Of a stretch of 64,000 bases of DNA, positions 17,536 to 27,590 are shown in pieces. The notes beneath the pieces are model-generated. The model did no database searches and was not told where the DNA came from. It saw only the letters and a program-made list of their open reading frames with translations. The translations under genes were made by a program, and so were the position numbers. This DNA comes from Bacteriovoracia bacterium. Its GTDB lineage: Bacteria; Bdellovibrionota; UBA1018; JBFWNL01. Numbering within the stretch: the first letter of the stretch is position 1; every line of letters starts with the position of its first letter. The DNA is taken from NCBI GenBank assembly GCA_050251055.1, contig JBFWNL010000002.1:192001-256000 (forward strand), read 5' to 3'.

Positions 17536-18993
17536 ATGAAAGACTTCAAGGGACGCATCGTCATCGTCGACGACGATAAGGAAATGAGATCACTGCTCGA
17601 GGACTTCGCGGTCCACGAAGGCTACGACGTACGGGTCTTCCCCCTGGCCGCCGACGCCCTAAGCGCTTTGGGACCGGACGGAGAGCTGAACGCCTCGACC
17701 GAGTCCGGAGACGTGGACGTGATCATTTCCGACATCCGCATGCCCAAGATGGATGGCCTCGAATTCTCCGAGCAGCTGCAAAAGCTTCGTCCGGAGATTC
17801 CCGTTATCCTAATAACTGCTTTCGGTAGCATCGAAACGGCGATCGAGGCGATGCGCCGGGGCGCGTTCCACTACGTCGTCAAGCCCTTCAAGCTCGCGGA
17901 AATGGCCGTGAACCTCGACCGCGCGCTGGAACATCGCAAGCTCCAGCGCGATAACACGGCATTACGCAGGGAAGTGAAGCGCAGCTGGAGCATGGGCGGG
18001 ATCGTCGGCAAGAGCGGCGGCATGAAGGGCGTATTTGACTTGGTTCAACGGGTTTCCCAAGCCACGGCGAACATCTTGATCACCGGCGAAAGCGGAACCG
18101 GAAAAGAAATGGTCGCGCGCGCCATTCATGAAAACGGCGCGCGGGCGCGCAAGCCGTTCGTCGCCATCAACTGCACGGCGATCCCCGAAACGCTCTTGGA
18201 ATCCGAGCTTTTCGGACACGCCAAGGGCTCGTTTACCGGCGCGATCCAGCGCAAACGCGGTTTGTTTGAGGAAGCAGATGGCGGCACGCTTTTCCTCGAC
18301 GAAATCGGCGACATGAATATCCAGCTACAGTCGAAGCTCCTACGCGTACTCCAGGAAAAGAAAGTCCGAGCCGTCGGCGAAAACATCGACAAGAACGTGG
18401 ACGTTCGTATCGTAGCCGCCACCCACAAAGATCTGAAAGCCGCGATCAAGGACGGCCGCTTCCGCGAGGACTTGTATTATCGCTTGAGCGTAATCCCGAT
18501 CGTGATTCCCCCCTTGCGTAACCGCAAGGAGGACATTCCCCTCTTGGCCGAACACTTCTTAAACAAGTACGCCGCCACTAATAACGCGAACGTCAAAGGC
18601 TTCACGAAACGAGCGATGAACCGACTGATGAACGCGCGCTGGGAGGGCAACGTTCGTGAATTGGAGAACGTGGTGGAGCGCGCGGTGGTGCTCGCTACCC
18701 AGCCCCTGATCGACGACGGCGATCTACCCGCTTTAGAATCGGCTTCCGCCGACAGCTTCTTCGGAGCCGCCACCGGCGACTTCCCCACGGTCGAGCAGCT
18801 TGAAAAGCGCTACATTCAGCTAGTGCTTGAAAAAACCGCCGGTCGCAAGGACAAGGCCGCGCAGATCTTGGGCATGAATCGCCGCACGCTTTATCGCAAG
18901 GAGCGGGACTACGGCCTGGTATCCGACGACGCCTCCGAGAACGCGGATTTAGAGCACGAGCCGGGAGATGAAACCGGCCCGGAACACACGTAG
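17536..18993 (+). CDS. sigma54-dependent response regulator (NtrC/AtoC family)
   Basis: REC domain, GESGTGKE, ESELFGH.KGSFTGA, FLDEIG, Fis-type HTH. Confidence 0.95.
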   Translation: MKDFKGRIVIVDDDKEMRSLLEDFAVHEGYDVRVFPLAADALSALGPDGELNASTESGDVDVIISDIRMPKMDGLEFSEQLQKLRPEIPVILITAFGSIETAIEAMRRGAFHYVVKPFKLAEMAVNLDRALEHRKLQRDNTALRREVKRSWSMGGIVGKSGGMKGVFDLVQRVSQATANILITGESGTGKEMVARAIHENGARARKPFVAINCTAIPETLLESELFGHAKGSFTGAIQRKRGLFEEADGGTLFLDEIGDMNIQLQSKLLRVLQEKKVRAVGENIDKNVDVRIVAATHKDLKAAIKDGRFREDLYYRLSVIPIVIPPLRNRKEDIPLLAEHFLNKYAATNNANVKGFTKRAMNRLMNARWEGNVRELENVVERAVVLATQPLIDDGDLPALESASADSFFGAATGDFPTVEQLEKRYIQLVLEKTAGRKDKAAQILGMNRRTLYRKERDYGLVSDDASENADLEHEPGDETGPEHT

Positions 18994-18999
18994 TTCTCG

Positions 19000-19037
19000 T
19001 GAGGTAGTTTTTCCCCCGCATCGGACAAAAAGCCTCG
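19000..19037. promoter_or_regulatory. Paired 17-bp candidate enhancer boxes
   Basis: TGAGGTAGTTTTTCCCC and TCGGACAAAAAGCCTCG, 21 bp apart. Confidence 0.45.
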
Positions 19038-19114
19038 CGCGCATGCGAGCAGCTCCCGTCCTTAAAAATTACCCAATAAGTACAAAAACTTAGGATGTCC
19101 CCCGCCCGCTCTCC

Positions 19115-19131
19115 TTGGCGTCTCCTTTGCA
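19115..19131 (+). promoter_or_regulatory. sigma54 -24/-12 promoter
   Basis: TTGGCGTCTCCTTTGCA. Confidence 0.75.
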
Positions 19132-19161
19132 GTCCTTAAGGCGCAAGGAGAACAAAGTTTC

Positions 19162-20175
19162 ATGAACACTCGCACGCCGTTGATCGTTTGGGCAGTCGAC
19201 CCCTTTGAACCCGAGACCCAAATCGGATTGGAGGAGCTGAAGTTGGTAAAATTCTGGGCGAACGCCCGGGGAGCGGCCCTGCTCCCCGTGTATGTAGCTT
19301 CTCCTCCTGGGCATTTGCTGGAAGAGGGCCGCGTCGACGAAGTCAAAACATTCGTCAAGGGAATGCAAAGCGCGGTGCAATCCTATCTACAACGCTTAGG
19401 CGCCGAAAGCTACTCGACTCCCCAAATCCTGATCAATGCCAAAGGCACCACCCGCGAGGCCGCGGAGAGCCTGCTCCACTTTGTCGCCCAGGAAGACGTA
19501 CAGGTGATTCTTGTCTCTACGCGGGGTAAAGCGGGACTCGCGCGTTCTCTATTCGGCAGCTTTGCGGAAACCCTGGTCGCCCAAGCGAACGTGCCGATTT
19601 TCTTCCTGGCCCACGCTTCGACGATCGACCGGCCAGCCGACCGAGAATGCACGCGTATCTTGTTCGCGACGGATTTTTCCAAAAACTCCCACCGTACTTT
19701 TCAGACGCTGCTTCGGCGCCTACCCGAAGTGGACGCCTCCTGCGCGCACTCAATTCATATCTTTCATGCCTTTACCTACCCTACCCTAGCCGCGTCGGGC
19801 ATGGCGATGATGGGCGCCACGCCTCAGGTGCCGGAGGCCTTCATCGAAGAGCAAAAGAATCTACTGACGGCGGAAGGCTCCCAATGGGTGCACGAAGCGC
19901 AAGCCGCCGGCATCGCCGCCGACTTCAGATTGTTTGATCGCTTGGGAGGGCTCGATACCGCCGAAGCGATTCTAGAAGCGGCCACGCAGGCGAAGTGTAA
20001 CTGGATCGCGATGGCGGCCGAGAGCGGCCCCTTGAAAGCTGGGCTCCTGGGGAGTGTGGCACGCGGGGTGTTTCGCGCGCACCGTTTCCCGGTTTGGATC
20101 TGCGGCCCCACCCTGCTCCGTGAAGATTCACCTCGGAATTCGTTCTTAACGACCCCCGGGGCGATGTTGATATGA
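19162..20175 (+). CDS. Tandem-domain universal stress protein
   Basis: STRGKAGLARSLFGSFAETL; ILFATDFS; LLGSVA. Confidence 0.85.
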   Translation: MNTRTPLIVWAVDPFEPETQIGLEELKLVKFWANARGAALLPVYVASPPGHLLEEGRVDEVKTFVKGMQSAVQSYLQRLGAESYSTPQILINAKGTTREAAESLLHFVAQEDVQVILVSTRGKAGLARSLFGSFAETLVAQANVPIFFLAHASTIDRPADRECTRILFATDFSKNSHRTFQTLLRRLPEVDASCAHSIHIFHAFTYPTLAASGMAMMGATPQVPEAFIEEQKNLLTAEGSQWVHEAQAAGIAADFRLFDRLGGLDTAEAILEAATQAKCNWIAMAAESGPLKAGLLGSVARGVFRAHRFPVWICGPTLLREDSPRNSFLTTPGAMLI

Positions 20176-20747
20176 GTGGCCGACCTCGCAAAATCGTACT
20201 GACCGGGGGGCCTTGCGCCGGTAAGACAACCTTGACTCAGGTTATCGCGCAAAGTTTTCCGGAAAAAGTAGTCACTGTCCCAGAAGCCGCGTCCCTCCTG
20301 TTTAAAGGAGGCTTCCCTCGCTGGGCGGAACCGGACGCGGTCCGAGCGGCCCAAAGAGCCATCTACCGAGTACAAGTGGAGCTCGAAGCCGTCTTTGCCG
20401 CCAAATATCCGGACCGTTTGCTAGTTCTGGACCGGGGCACCGTGGATGGAGCCGTCTATTGGCCGGACGGACCGGATCGGTATTTCGCGGATCTCGGCAC
20501 CAGCTTCATAGACGAATTGGCTCGCTACGACCACGTCATCTACCTGGAAAGCGCCGGCGCCGAGGACTACGCGAAAAACCAAAGCAAGAACCCCTACCGA
20601 ATAGAAAACTGGGAAACCGCCCATCGTCTGGATATGCAGACCCGCAAGCTATGGGAAAATCACAAAAATTTCACCTTCGTCAAGAACCAGCGCGCATTTG
20701 GCTACAAAGTGATGGATGTGCTCGACGTGGTCGAAGGCGCGCTATGA
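20172..20747 (+). CDS. P-loop ATPase/kinase (AAA_28/NadR-like)
   Basis: VLTGGPCAGKTT, VPEAA, DRGTVD. Confidence 0.85.
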   Translation: MSGRPRKIVLTGGPCAGKTTLTQVIAQSFPEKVVTVPEAASLLFKGGFPRWAEPDAVRAAQRAIYRVQVELEAVFAAKYPDRLLVLDRGTVDGAVYWPDGPDRYFADLGTSFIDELARYDHVIYLESAGAEDYAKNQSKNPYRIENWETAHRLDMQTRKLWENHKNFTFVKNQRAFGYKVMDVLDVVEGAL

Positions 20748-21976
20748 GCAGACCCGAGCGCGCGTACATTATTGACTCGCCTCAGAAAAAACCACCCGCT
20801 ATAGTACGTCTCCAAGGAGTAATCGTTCCCGTGGAAGAACTTTCGCTAGAAGAGCAGCTCGAGCGAACGGAAAAAGAAATCGACGACTTGCGTCGGGCGC
20901 TGGACCAAGCCTCGATCGTGGCGTTCACCGACTCTGCCGGTTCGATTACTTACGTCAACGATCTGTTTTGCCAGATTTCCAAGTATTCACGCGAAGAGCT
21001 GATCGGGCAAAATCACCGGATCATCAATTCCGGCTACCATCCCCGCGAGTTTTTCGAAGCTCTGTGGAAAACCATTTCTTCTGGACGCGTCTGGAAGGGC
21101 GAAGTGAAGAACCGCGCGAAGGATGGGTCGTTCTATTGGGTGTTCACGACGATCGTTCCCTTCATGACCCCTAAGGGGCGTCCTTTCAAGTACGTGGCCA
21201 TCCGTACGGACATCACCGAACTCAAGCGCGCGCAGGAGCAAGCCGAGTATCAACGGGGGATCCTGGTTCAATCGGAAAAAATGGCAAGCCTGGGCGAGCT
21301 GGCTGCCGGCATTGGCCACGAGCTGGGCAATCCGCTCGCGACGATCGGTGGCCGGATGGAGTTCCTGGCGGGAAAAGTCCGGTCGGGCCGCGCGGGTCCC
21401 GAGGAAGTCCTAAAAACTATCGACACCGTCAACCAGCTTTGCGATCGCATGGCGAGCATCATTCGCGGGATGCGAGCACTTTCCCGTGATGGTACCGCCG
21501 ATCCTTTCCAAATGGTGCCCGTCGCACGAATGATTCGCGACGTATTAAGCTTCACTCAAGAGAGCTTCTTGAAACACAATATCGATGCGCAAGTCGCCGA
21601 AATCGACGAAAGCCTCGAGATATATGGCCAGGAAACCCAGCTGAGCCAGGTTTTCGTGAACTTGCTCAATAACGCCAAGGACGCGGTGCTGCCATTGAAA
21701 GAGCGATGGATCCGCATCGACTGCCAAGACGTCGGAGACCACGTGGAAATCTCGTTCACGGACAGTGGCCCGGGAATTCCCGCAGAAATCCGCGAAAAAA
21801 TTCTCTTGCCGTTTTTCACGACCAAAGACATGGGCAAGGGTTCGGGGCTGGGATTAAGCGTTTCCAAAACGATCGTCGAGGCCCACAAAGGCGCCATCCG
21901 CATTGACTCCAGCTGCCGCAACACCCGTTTTGTACTCACTTTGCCGAAGCGGCCGGAAAACCCCACGAAGGGGTAA
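20744..21976 (+). CDS. PAS-domain sensor histidine kinase (alternative start GTG 20831)
   Basis: PAS/PAC, HELGNPL, N-box, DSGPG, PFFTTK, GSGLGL. Confidence 0.92.
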   Translation: MSRPERAYIIDSPQKKPPAIVRLQGVIVPVEELSLEEQLERTEKEIDDLRRALDQASIVAFTDSAGSITYVNDLFCQISKYSREELIGQNHRIINSGYHPREFFEALWKTISSGRVWKGEVKNRAKDGSFYWVFTTIVPFMTPKGRPFKYVAIRTDITELKRAQEQAEYQRGILVQSEKMASLGELAAGIGHELGNPLATIGGRMEFLAGKVRSGRAGPEEVLKTIDTVNQLCDRMASIIRGMRALSRDGTADPFQMVPVARMIRDVLSFTQESFLKHNIDAQVAEIDESLEIYGQETQLSQVFVNLLNNAKDAVLPLKERWIRIDCQDVGDHVEISFTDSGPGIPAEIREKILLPFFTTKDMGKGSGLGLSVSKTIVEAHKGAIRIDSSCRNTRFVLTLPKRPENPTKG

Positions 21977-21985
21977 TTTGCCCCA
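21949..21985. promoter_or_regulatory. Paired 17-bp candidate enhancer boxes
   Basis: GCGGCCGGAAAACCCCA and AGGGGTAATTTGCCCCA, 20 bp apart. Confidence 0.45.
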
Positions 21986-22033
21986 TTCCGCGCCAAAAAC
22001 TTGGAAAAAAGCTAGTTATTTCAAGTAGCAACG

Positions 22034-22050
22034 CTGGCCCTCCCCTTGCT
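22034..22050 (+). promoter_or_regulatory. sigma54 -24/-12 promoter
   Basis: CTGGCCCTCCCCTTGCT. Confidence 0.7.
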
Positions 22051-22075
22051 TTATCTATGGGCAAGGAGGTCGCAT

Positions 22076-22243
22076 ATGACGACACTGGTATTCGTGAGCA
22101 TCTTTTTTTCCATCGTAGTCCTTTACGGGCTCGCCATCCTCTCCGCCGGCCAAGGATCGAAAAACCGGCTAGACCTTGCGCAACGACTGGCCTTGATCGA
22201 TACGGCGAAAGAGGACGCTTCCTCATTTCGCCGTGCCAGCTAA
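22076..22243 (+). CDS. 55-aa single-TM small protein (CcoQ-like pattern)
   Basis: AAGGAGG RBS; TM helix then KNRLDLAQRLALID. Confidence 0.6.
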   Translation: MTTLVFVSIFFSIVVLYGLAILSAGQGSKNRLDLAQRLALIDTAKEDASSFRRAS

Positions 22244-22310
22244 GACGAATTCTTGATAGGACATGCCGCTTCGGGTTGACGCAAACTGCGACAACCCCTA
22301 CCATCACGGC

Positions 22311-23660
22311 ATGAAATTCGGCTTCGAAAGCGAAAAGCTCCTCTATGACCTAAAGGACGATTCCATTTTCCATGGGGTTTTTCGTCTCGTGGACGCCCTG
22401 TCCGATTACGTCACCTTTCACGGAGAGGACGTTCCCGAACGGGTGACCAATGAATTCGTGTTGAACATGGTGGAGATCAACACGTTGGCTTCGCCTTCGC
22501 AGCGGGAAGTCATCGAAGATTACCTTTTGCTGTATCAAATCGTGACCGATGTCTCCTATCGCGAGCGCGTGGTCCCGCTCCCCCTGGGAGCCGTACCATT
22601 TCTTTTTACCCCCAACATGGTGCCCCGCTGGCCGTACTACGTGCAGAATTCAATTCTCTCCGGCAAACGCCTCAAGGACTGGGCATTGTCCCCAAAGTCG
22701 CCGCTCGCCGACGCGGGAAACTGCGCGGGGCTGCACACGCATATCGAAATCGAATGCCTGCCGGAGTTCCTGGTGTTCTCCAAGGAACTCGTTCACAAAC
22801 ACAACATGGGGCTCATGCTGACCCCCATGACCGCATTTTCGGCTTCTCCGTATTTTTACGAGGAGCACTCCGCTCACTCCATGCGCGCCCACCGCTATTA
22901 CCACCGGGTGTACGAGAAGTTTCCCCTGAATGGCGCCCTACCTCCGGTCATGAGCACTTCGGAGGAAGTCCTGCGCTACACGCTTTCCGGTATCAACCAT
23001 TGGATTGAAGCCGGTACCCAGATTGGATTCGATCGCGAGGATCTGGTTAAGTTGACGTCCAAGAAGGGCGCCAACTGGAGCATGATCCGCTGGAACCGTA
23101 CCTGGAACACGATCGAGCTTCGCTGCCTGGAGTCCGACCGGGTGGACCTCGATATCGGGAAGTTCATCTGGGTTGCCGGAGCGATGAAGCGCCTGGACCT
23201 TAAGGGCGAAGCGCTGGAACCTGAAGTACTTACAACGCAGTCCCGCTTGGATGAAAAAATGATCGATGAGGCTTTTAACGTCCACGGCGGACGGGTGAGC
23301 ATCCTCCCCACGGTCGCTATCCATGAACTGACCTCGCGCGCGATCCTCAAGGGTCTGCACGACCCCTGGGTAGAGCGCTATCTGCACCGCCTCGCTACCT
23401 TTGCCCGCGATGGAGTGGACGAAAACTGCCTTTCGGTCTTCGAAATATTAAAGAAAGCCCTGGATTCTCGCCGGACGACCACGATCGATATCCTGGAAGC
23501 AACTGGAAACGCCTCGAGCTTGACCCAGCAGCAATGCATTCCGATCTTGCGGGACCTGATCCAGAAAGAGCGCACGGCGCTGGCCGCGCTGCGGACGGAG
23601 TTTCCGAACGTGATTTTCAAGAAAAAGTCGGATCTTTTTCCGCGACTGCCCAAGAAGTAG
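22311..23660 (+). CDS. Carboxylate-amine ligase (GCS2/YbdK-like)
   Basis: FGFESE, EF..NMVEINT, AGLHTHI, ASPY, TIELR. Confidence 0.75.
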   Translation: MKFGFESEKLLYDLKDDSIFHGVFRLVDALSDYVTFHGEDVPERVTNEFVLNMVEINTLASPSQREVIEDYLLLYQIVTDVSYRERVVPLPLGAVPFLFTPNMVPRWPYYVQNSILSGKRLKDWALSPKSPLADAGNCAGLHTHIEIECLPEFLVFSKELVHKHNMGLMLTPMTAFSASPYFYEEHSAHSMRAHRYYHRVYEKFPLNGALPPVMSTSEEVLRYTLSGINHWIEAGTQIGFDREDLVKLTSKKGANWSMIRWNRTWNTIELRCLESDRVDLDIGKFIWVAGAMKRLDLKGEALEPEVLTTQSRLDEKMIDEAFNVHGGRVSILPTVAIHELTSRAILKGLHDPWVERYLHRLATFARDGVDENCLSVFEILKKALDSRRTTTIDILEATGNASSLTQQQCIPILRDLIQKERTALAALRTEFPNVIFKKKSDLFPRLPKK

Positions 23661-23693
23661 CGGAACTATTTACCCGGGTGCGGTAGACCGACT

Positions 23694-24209
23694 TCACTCT
23701 AGGTCGCCCCGCAGTATTCCGTAAATCGCTTCGTTCGCGGGCGCGCCCCCCACTAAGAAGTGTTCCCGCAGGAGTCCCTCGAGCCGAAAACCCACCTTCT
23801 CTAGTACGCGACGCGAAGGAACATTGTCTTCGTGCACGAATGCGACGAGCTTCCGCAGTGGCGTACGCGTGAAACAATCCCGCATCACCATGCGAACGGC
23901 TTGGGTGGCGACGCCCTTCCCCCGCGCGGACGCCGAGACAGCGTAGCCAAGCTCCGCCGTGAGCATCATACGATTAATTTGCTGAATAGAAACGTGCCCT
24001 ACCAGCTCCCCATCGACGCGAATGACCCACAGGAAGGCCTCGGATCGCGGGAAATCCGCGAGATCCGCGCTCGCTTTGGCTAATCGCTCGCGCAACTGCT
24101 CGAGCGTGGAAGGCGCGAAAGGATTGTATCTTACTGATTCGGGATCCCCACGGGACTCCTGCCACCAAGCCGCTAAACTGGGCGTGAATGCCTCGAGGGT
24201 CAACTTCAT
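23694..24209 (-). CDS. RimJ/RimL-type GNAT acetyltransferase
   Basis: AELGY...RGKGVAT; N..SRRVLEKVGFRLEG. Confidence 0.9.
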   Translation of the reverse strand: MKLTLEAFTPSLAAWWQESRGDPESVRYNPFAPSTLEQLRERLAKASADLADFPRSEAFLWVIRVDGELVGHVSIQQINRMMLTAELGYAVSASARGKGVATQAVRMVMRDCFTRTPLRKLVAFVHEDNVPSRRVLEKVGFRLEGLLREHFLVGGAPANEAIYGILRGDLE

Positions 24210-24246
24210 CTCGAGACACTAACTCTACTTTCCCGAATAAGGTAAG

Positions 24247-24954
24247 TTATTTTCGAAACTCGTTTAATTGCTCCACGAAGCATTTCGCCAGGCTCGAAAA
24301 ATTCAGCTGAAACTTCGCCAACACGCCCGAGTCGGAATTGCGCAATGGCTGTGTGATTTCTTCGGCCGGAGCTTTACCGTAGCGGACCACGAGGTCAGCC
24401 GCATACAACGCATGATCCACAAGGGGGCGACCAAAGTGATCATACTGAACGCGCGCAGGCGTTGCATTGAAAGTAAAGAAGGGTACGTTGAAGTTCACGC
24501 CGACCACGGGAACCACGGTCACGGGGGACCCACCACTTTCCACTTCGTTCCAGTCACCAGAAAAAAACTCGATCGTGTCACAACGCGCGTCGTCCGGCCC
24601 CGTCGAGTTCAGTTTGATGTCAATTCGTTCGCCTTCGTACCGTCCGGCAAAGGCGCTATAATATTTACGCCGTACCGAGAACCCCTCCCCGGGAAGCAGG
24701 ACCGCGCTCCACTTCAACTGAAAGAGCTCGGACATATTTCGGTGCGCGTGAGACGGCCAAATGGTCGGCCATGCCCCTTGCGCCCATTGAATCGCGCACA
24801 CCCGTTGTATCTCCTCAACGGTCGCGACATTTAAAGGAGCGCCCGGCACCAAATAGTCATGGGGATTCAGTGCGGGCTGGGGTTCGCCAAAGACGGCGGA
24901 GCCACGGAAAAACGTAAGAATTAACAAAAGATAGGACAGGTGAGGAAACTTCAT
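24247..24954 (-). CDS. Secreted hypothetical protein (paralog of 25489-26187)
   Basis: Signal peptide; CAIQWA, YDHFGR, F.LNF....KC. Confidence 0.7.
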   Translation of the reverse strand: MKFPHLSYLLLILTFFRGSAVFGEPQPALNPHDYLVPGAPLNVATVEEIQRVCAIQWAQGAWPTIWPSHAHRNMSELFQLKWSAVLLPGEGFSVRRKYYSAFAGRYEGERIDIKLNSTGPDDARCDTIEFFSGDWNEVESGGSPVTVVPVVGVNFNVPFFTFNATPARVQYDHFGRPLVDHALYAADLVVRYGKAPAEEITQPLRNSDSGVLAKFQLNFSSLAKCFVEQLNEFRK

Positions 24955-25101
24955 CGATCGGACTCCTTCGACGGCGAAACAATCGCCGGAGGGTGGCCCG
25001 ATTCACCCGGATTAATACGACTCGATGCGTTATACCCTGTTTTTTGGCGTTTGCAATCAAATTGTTCGAGTCCGAAGCGACGGTTTGTTATTCAAGTGTC
25101 T

Positions 25102-25458
25102 ATGGATGTCATCTTGCGTGGACACGAGAACTCCACCGGACGCGGAACGATCCAGGTCCAGAGCTGGACCAAGCGCGAGCGTACCTTGCGTGCCCTGAAG
25201 TTCGGCGGGTTCTGCTGGGGCCTGGCCTTAGTGTCCGTGCTTATTCCCCTGTTACATTTCGTGCTGGTACCTAGCTTTCTTATCGCCGGACCGATCGTCG
25301 CGCTCGTAATAATGCGTCGGCAGGGAGTCGTGCTCGGAGGAAGTGGCGACTGCCCTCACTGTAAGAAGCAGATGAAGATCGTACGGAGCCTGCCGCGCTT
25401 TCCGCTCACCGATCTCTGCGACCACTGTCAGCAAAGCGTAAAGATCGAACCCGCTTGA
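25102..25458 (+). CDS. Small two-TM protein with C-terminal Zn ribbon
   Basis: IPLLHFVLVP; CPHC...CDHC. Confidence 0.7.
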   Translation: MDVILRGHENSTGRGTIQVQSWTKRERTLRALKFGGFCWGLALVSVLIPLLHFVLVPSFLIAGPIVALVIMRRQGVVLGGSGDCPHCKKQMKIVRSLPRFPLTDLCDHCQQSVKIEPA

Positions 25459-25488
25459 ATTGCGCCCGCAGAAGCCCGGCCTGCTCGC

Positions 25489-26187
25489 TTACTTAAGCTC
25501 GTCCCCCAAGCACCATTTATAAGGATTGAAATCCAGGGTAAACTTTATCCTTGCCTTCGTCTTTTCGTTTACCAAAGAAAAGATAGCCTCTTTATTGAGC
25601 AGGTTCTTTCCGTGCCGTATGAAGAGATTCGTTGCATACGGAACCGCCTCAGAAATCGCGCGGCCAAATCGATCGTAAAGAGGTGACCCGGCCTGGGTAT
25701 CGTAGATCAAGTACGGAACCCATGCGACGCCTTCCTTAGCGGGAACCATGCGAATCGCCCCCTTGTCCGCTCGATACTCGAAGACGGTGACGATCTCTCC
25801 ATCTTTCTCTTCAGTAGGCTTTAGGGAAACTGTAAATTCTTCAGTACGGCTGGGTATTGCTTGATCCAAACTAAACGCTGGATAGTCGCGTATGACTTTA
25901 AAACCTCGATCGGGGGCTAACAATGGAACGAAAGCAAACTCCACCGCCGTCGCGGTCGAAATTTGCGACGCACCGGCAAGCTTACTCCATTGAGATACCG
26001 CCCACTGTATAGCGCACTTCCGCTGTACATCCCGCACCCGGGCAACCCTGTGAAGACTCGAACGCTCGATGACGAGGTCCTCGTAGCGAGGCTCATCGAC
26101 GTAGGTAACCGGCGGCAACGCCAAACCAGCGTGTGCCGGTGAAGAAAATACCGCGAATATCAGCCAATAAATCAGCGTCGCTTTCAT
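25489..26187 (-). CDS. Secreted hypothetical protein (paralog of 24247-24954)
   Basis: Signal peptide; CAIQWA, YDRFGR, F.LDF....WC. Confidence 0.7.
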   Translation of the reverse strand: MKATLIYWLIFAVFSSPAHAGLALPPVTYVDEPRYEDLVIERSSLHRVARVRDVQRKCAIQWAVSQWSKLAGASQISTATAVEFAFVPLLAPDRGFKVIRDYPAFSLDQAIPSRTEEFTVSLKPTEEKDGEIVTVFEYRADKGAIRMVPAKEGVAWVPYLIYDTQAGSPLYDRFGRAISEAVPYATNLFIRHGKNLLNKEAIFSLVNEKTKARIKFTLDFNPYKWCLGDELK

Positions 26188-26313
26188 TGTGACACAATAT
26201 AATGCGTTGCATTATATTTGGCTATTTCGATTCGACCCGCCCCGACGATAACTTACTCAGGTTCGAGTTCAACTCCGCGGTAAAACGAACGTAAGACGTG
26301 TTATGTTTTACTC

Positions 26314-26751
26314 ATGGAAAATCTCTTACTCTCCGCCTCGCCCGAGTGGATCGAAATGGGCATATTGATCACCCGCCTCTTCATCGGCGTTTGCTTCGTC
26401 GTACACGGGCTAGGGAAGCTAGGCGTGGTCGGCCCCGGAAATATGCACGGCTTCACCGAATGGCTCCGTAGCCTCGGGGTACCGATGCCCGCTGTGCAGG
26501 CGCGGATGGCGATGCTGACCGAACTCCTAGGCGGCGCCTGTATCGCTCTGGGTTTGGGCACGCGCGTGGCGCTCGCGCTGGTATTCTGCACGATGATCGT
26601 GGCCATGCTGATTGGTCACCGCGGAGGCGGCTACCTCATCACCAACAATCCTCCTGGCAACGAGTACACGATCAACCTGGCCGTGATCTTGGCGTTCTTG
26701 TTCGTTTGCGGTCCCGGTCCCTATTCGCTCGATGCTTGGCTATTAAACTAG
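26314..26751 (+). CDS. DoxX family membrane protein
   Basis: RLFIG..FVVHGLGK, ELLGG, GPGPYSLD. Confidence 0.9.
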   Translation: MENLLLSASPEWIEMGILITRLFIGVCFVVHGLGKLGVVGPGNMHGFTEWLRSLGVPMPAVQARMAMLTELLGGACIALGLGTRVALALVFCTMIVAMLIGHRGGGYLITNNPPGNEYTINLAVILAFLFVCGPGPYSLDAWLLN

Positions 26752-27522
26752 GGGCGGCGGCGAAAGACCGAACGAGAGAAATCCGCCGTCGACCGCAATG
26801 GCCTGGCCCGTGACGTAGGACGCGGCGTCCATCGCGAGAAAAGCCACTAGACCGGCCACCTCGGCCGGCTCCCCTACCCGACCCATCGGGGTGGCCGCGA
26901 GAATTTTCTCCAAACGCTCCGGGTTCTTCAAGACGCTTTCCGTCAGTGGGGTCTGGATATACCACGGTAGCACGGCGTTCACGCGGATCTGGTCGCGGGC
27001 CCACTCCACCGCCAGATAACGGGACATCTGGATCTCGGCCGATTTTGTCATCGCGTAGGCGACGCCCGTGCCGACCCCCTTTTCGGCGGCCACCGAAGCC
27101 ACGTTAATGATGGATGACGGATGGCCCTTTAAAAAGGGGTAGCAACCACGGGAAAGTTCATAAGCGGAATAAAGATTAGTTCGAAAGACGTGCTCGAAGT
27201 CGGCGCCGGTGAGCTCCACCGTGCGTTTACGGATGTTAGTACCGACATTGTTTACGAGAACATCCAACCTGCCTCCGCGCGCGTTTACCGCGTCTAATAC
27301 GCGCGTGATTCCTTCGGAAGTGGAAACATCGGCCGCCACGCCGTGGACCCGATATCCTCGGGAACCCCAATCCAAGAGTACACGATCAAGCGTAGTTCCG
27401 TCCCGCCCAACGACGGTCACCTCCGCCCCTAAGCCTAGAAACTCGGTCGCAATGGCGTAGCCAATTCCCTTTGTCCCACCCGTCACCAAAGCCTTGCGGC
27501 CATCCATTCGCCAACGCTGCAT
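26743..27522 (-). CDS. SDR oxidoreductase (tropinone reductase-like)
   Basis: TGGTKGIG, VNNVG, YAMTK. Confidence 0.92.
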   Translation of the reverse strand: MQRWRMDGRKALVTGGTKGIGYAIATEFLGLGAEVTVVGRDGTTLDRVLLDWGSRGYRVHGVAADVSTSEGITRVLDAVNARGGRLDVLVNNVGTNIRKRTVELTGADFEHVFRTNLYSAYELSRGCYPFLKGHPSSIINVASVAAEKGVGTGVAYAMTKSAEIQMSRYLAVEWARDQIRVNAVLPWYIQTPLTESVLKNPERLEKILAATPMGRVGEPAEVAGLVAFLAMDAASYVTGQAIAVDGGFLSFGLSPPPLV

Positions 27523-27590
27523 CGACTCTCCCCTATGCGGGAATCATCGCTAGACGACCCTCGTTTTGGAAGCTAATAGTGGGAAGATAG

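Noticed and set aside
18225-18243. GSFTGA instead of GAFTGA in the sigma54 activator
   Set aside because: Common variant that keeps the critical Phe and Thr; no sign of inactivity
20772-20805. TTGACT...TATAGT internal promoter for the kinase
   Set aside because: 22-bp spacing is too long for sigma70
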